Shown piece by piece: positions 61,552-64,000 of a stretch of DNA of 64,000 bases. The stretch's first letter is position 1; each line of letters begins with the position of its first letter. The DNA lies in IMG/VR virus record IMGVR_UViG_3300020202_000079, positions 215 to 64,214 of that record; one strand, given 5' to 3'. Below the pieces are notes generated by a model. The model saw only the letters and a program-made list of their open reading frames with translations. It did not search any database and was not told the origin of the DNA. The stretch is from a virus. The position numbers and the translations under genes are program-made.

Positions 61552-62819
61552 GCGAATCTTCACGCGCTTGGAGCTGGCGCCACGCCTTCGCCTCGTCGGA
61601 CCTGCCGGCCACGACCAAGGCCGTGCTGCACACGCTCGGCATGTTCATGAACGAGCTCGGCGAAGGCTGCTACCCCTCCGTCGCCGATATCTGCCGCTAT
61701 AGCGGACTCGACAAGAAGACGGTGCTGAAGCACCTCGCTGTGGCGCGGGAGGCGGGCTGGATCGGCATCGGCCAGCACGGCTATCGCGGCCAGAAATGGA
61801 AGCGCAGCGAATATGTGGCGCGCTGGCCCTCGCGCGATCTCGATGCGCCTTGCCTGCCCTTCGACGACGAGCAAGAGGCGGGGAGCGGCGGCGCGACAGG
61901 GACAGAGGAAGACCCCGAAAAAGGTGGTGGCGCTACTCCACCACCTTCCGACGCCGGCGAGGTGGTGGAATCCAGGGGTGAAGGTGGTGGAATTGAGGGG
62001 TCGAAGGTGGTGGAGCAGCTCCACCAGGATAAGACCAGTCCAGTAACCTCTCCAGATACCAGTCCAGTTGAGAAAGAGCGCGGGCGCGAGGAAAATGGTC
62101 CAGAAGGGCTGACCAAGCGCGCCGAGGCGCTGTTCTACGCCACGTTCAAGCACTGGAAGCGCTTCGACGTCTCGCCGAAGCCGCCGATGCTGGCGGCATG
62201 GGGCAAGCTCAGCTGGGCCGAGATGGAGGAATGCGCGCCGACGGTGCCGCTCTTCCTCGAGCAATGCCGAAAGGATGGCGTCTCGCACCCTTGCGCGGTG
62301 GCGACCTTCATCGGGCAGGCCATGTGGAAACCGTTCATCGAGGCGGCACGCAATTCAGGGCCGAAGGCCGAGCCGGTCGAGGCAAAACCGCTCGGCAAGG
62401 CGTGGATGGCGCTACGGCTGAAGGCCCTGCTCGGCGGGCCGGTGGCGACGGTCTCGACCAAGCTCACCAGCTTCGAGGAAAAGCTCGTCCTCGACGGCAA
62501 GGCCAATGCCGATGAGCTGAGGCGCGACAAGCTCGCCCAGGTCGGCTACCCGGCCGTGAACCGGCTGCACGACCAGCTGCGCTTCCGCACGGTGGCGATC
62601 GTCGATCCGACGCTGGCAGAGCTCGCCTCTGGCTTCGTGCCGGTCGAGGTCGGCAGTGCGACCTGGCTCGCCTGGAAGGACCTGCATGCAGCGCGCGGCT
62701 GGCCGTGGCTGCCGGATCTCGGATGGATCAAATGGGTCTACTTCCCGGCCGACGGAGCGGACGGGTTGCATGCCTTCGAGCAGGCGCTGAAGGGCACGGA
62801 AACGGGGAAGGCAGCATGA
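61548..62819 (+). CDS. Replication initiator with N-terminal HTH
   Basis: TKAVL..LG.F....GEGCYPSVADIC..SGLDKKTV.KHL....GWI; internal iterons. Confidence 0.8.
   Translation: MSESSRAWSWRHAFASSDLPATTKAVLHTLGMFMNELGEGCYPSVADICRYSGLDKKTVLKHLAVAREAGWIGIGQHGYRGQKWKRSEYVARWPSRDLDAPCLPFDDEQEAGSGGATGTEEDPEKGGGATPPPSDAGEVVESRGEGGGIEGSKVVEQLHQDKTSPVTSPDTSPVEKERGREENGPEGLTKRAEALFYATFKHWKRFDVSPKPPMLAAWGKLSWAEMEECAPTVPLFLEQCRKDGVSHPCAVATFIGQAMWKPFIEAARNSGPKAEPVEAKPLGKAWMALRLKALLGGPVATVSTKLTSFEEKLVLDGKANADELRRDKLAQVGYPAVNRLHDQLRFRTVAIVDPTLAELASGFVPVEVGSATWLAWKDLHAARGWPWLPDLGWIKWVYFPADGADGLHAFEQALKGTETGKAA
61922..62068. repeat. Iteron-like repeats, probable origin
   Basis: AGGTGGTGG at 61922, 61960, 61982, 62005; inverted copy 61938; ACCAGTCCAG twice. 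Confidence 0.65.
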
Positions 62820-63559
62820 TGGTCGATCGGGTGGGTAAGAGCGAACGCGTCTGGCTCGATCGCGCCGGCCAGCCGATCGAGGCGGCACCTCGGCTGGCGT
62901 TCGTGCAGCGGCAGCAACAGCTGACCCGTCGCGGCCAGGCACTGCTCGCTGCGGCCGGAGAGGTTGCTCCTGAGAGGCGGTGGTATGTGGTGCGCGTCGC
63001 ACCAGGTCAGGACAAGGCTGTGGACAATTCGCTCGCTGAAGCCGGCATCGATCGGTGGATGCCGGAGGAGAAGCGTGTCGTGAAGCGGCGCGTCGCCGGC
63101 GGCCGGATGGTCCGGAAGGACGAGATGCGGCCCTGCCTGATCGGCTATGTATTCGTGCACATCGTATCGTGCCCGGAGCATTGGCACGGCATCAAGAAGA
63201 TCGACGGCTGCCTCGACGTGCTCGGCGGGATGGAGCGGCCTTGGCCCGTGCTCGAAAAGGAGTTTGCCGAGCTGCGCGATCTCTTCGGGCTGTCGCCCAA
63301 GGCGCGCGAGCGAGTGCTCGCCGAGCGGGTGAAACAGGCCATGGCGCTAGAACCTGGTGATCCGGTGAGGGTCACGGCGGGGCAGCTCGCCGGCCGCACC
63401 GGCGACTATGAGGGCGAGGATGGGACGTTCCGGGCATGGGTGATGATGAGCCTGTTCGGTGGGCGCGTGCCGGTCAGCGTCCCTCTTGCGGATATCGAGA
63501 GAATCGGCGTAGCCACTGCGCCCCAGGACGAGTCGACAGAGCGCGGCAGGCCATCATAG
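62816..63559 (+). CDS. NusG-family antiterminator at the lambda Q position
   Basis: WYVVRV, CLIGYVFV, KOW GDPVRVTAGQLAG, SLFGG.VPV. Confidence 0.85.
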   Translation: MMVDRVGKSERVWLDRAGQPIEAAPRLAFVQRQQQLTRRGQALLAAAGEVAPERRWYVVRVAPGQDKAVDNSLAEAGIDRWMPEEKRVVKRRVAGGRMVRKDEMRPCLIGYVFVHIVSCPEHWHGIKKIDGCLDVLGGMERPWPVLEKEFAELRDLFGLSPKARERVLAERVKQAMALEPGDPVRVTAGQLAGRTGDYEGEDGTFRAWVMMSLFGGRVPVSVPLADIERIGVATAPQDESTERGRPS

Positions 63560-63629
63560 CCCAGCCAGTGCCATCGGCCCCAGGCGAAGCAGGGTTTGAA
63601 GCTTCGCCGCATTGGAAGCGATTCCCGAA

Positions 63630-63980
63630 GTGGCAAAGTTGCGGACGCTGCAGTCGCGTGTGTTGGCGCGTGACCTGCGCAAGGTGAAGGTAGCGCCGAA
63701 GCGCGCCGACCCGGAGCTGCAGACGCCCGAGCATCGAGCCTGGAGCCTGGCGGTCCGCAATCGCGCAGGGTGGCGTTGTGAATGGGTGGAGGACGGCAAG
63801 CGCTGCACCCGCTCCAAGGCCAACGGCGATCAGATGCTCGCCGATCACATCGTCGAGCGCAAAGACGGCGGCGACCCGCTCGATCCGAAGAACGGTCAGT
63901 GCCTCTGCAACCCGCACAACACGTCGAAGGGCATCCGCGCTCGAGCAGCTCGGATGGGGGTGGGGGGTCCAAATCTCTAG
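63630..63980 (+). CDS. HNH endonuclease (packaging-associated)
   Basis: C..C, ADHIVE..DGG, NGQCLC.PHN..K; GTG start inferred (ORF open from 63612). Confidence 0.88.
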   Translation: MAKLRTLQSRVLARDLRKVKVAPKRADPELQTPEHRAWSLAVRNRAGWRCEWVEDGKRCTRSKANGDQMLADHIVERKDGGDPLDPKNGQCLCNPHNTSKGIRARAARMGVGGPNL

Positions 63981-64000
63981 CAGGCCTTGGGGGGTCGCAC

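Larger units (their letters stand above)
1..64000. mobile_element. Near-complete temperate siphovirus genome, terminase-first arrangement with internal integrase/attP
   Basis: Continuous terS-terL-portal-protease-capsid-tail-lysis-int-repressor/cro-replication-antiterminator-HNH order with no host genes seen. Confidence 0.95.

Noticed and set aside
1-64000. IS elements, introns, inteins, retrons, rRNA, restriction endonuclease partner for the methyltransferases
   Set aside because: No transposase, reverse transcriptase, splicing or nuclease motifs recognised by eye; a divergent one among the hypotheticals cannot be excluded without searches

Overview
The window is a near-complete genome of a GC-rich temperate siphovirus of an alphaproteobacterial (Rhizobiales-like) host. 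It runs from inside the small terminase gene (1) to just past the HNH gene (64000). Because the integrase and an attP-like region lie in the middle (about 36600-38400), it looks like the free/excised form rather than an integrated prophage. Module order: HK97-type packaging and head (1-9 kb); long non-contractile tail with a -1 frameshifted chaperone and tape measure (9.4-18 kb); unusual tail-tip genes, including a 450-bp higher-order repeat protein, a beta-helix protein and a SAM methyltransferase moron (18-27.4 kb); lysis (27.6-30.2 kb); accessory region with higBA, a DNA ligase, a two-gene envelope module and a LexA-box-controlled SRAP cassette (30.2-36.6 kb); att/integrase; leftward early operon (38.3-45.5 kb); lambda-like switch with twin promoters and TTTGC-N5-GCAAA operators; rightward early operon with four DNA methyltransferases, a replication initiator with iterons, a NusG-like antiterminator and HNH. 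The most striking observation is a set of DNA-binding-domain-only look-alikes of the alphaproteobacterial cell-cycle regulators (GcrA N-domain, two coiled-coil/CtrA-like winged helices, a DnaA domain IV-like protein) next to a beta-class methyltransferase, plus CtrA-like boxes at two phage promoters. Family assignments come from motif recognition by eye, not database searches. Three single-base frameshifts may be sequencing errors.
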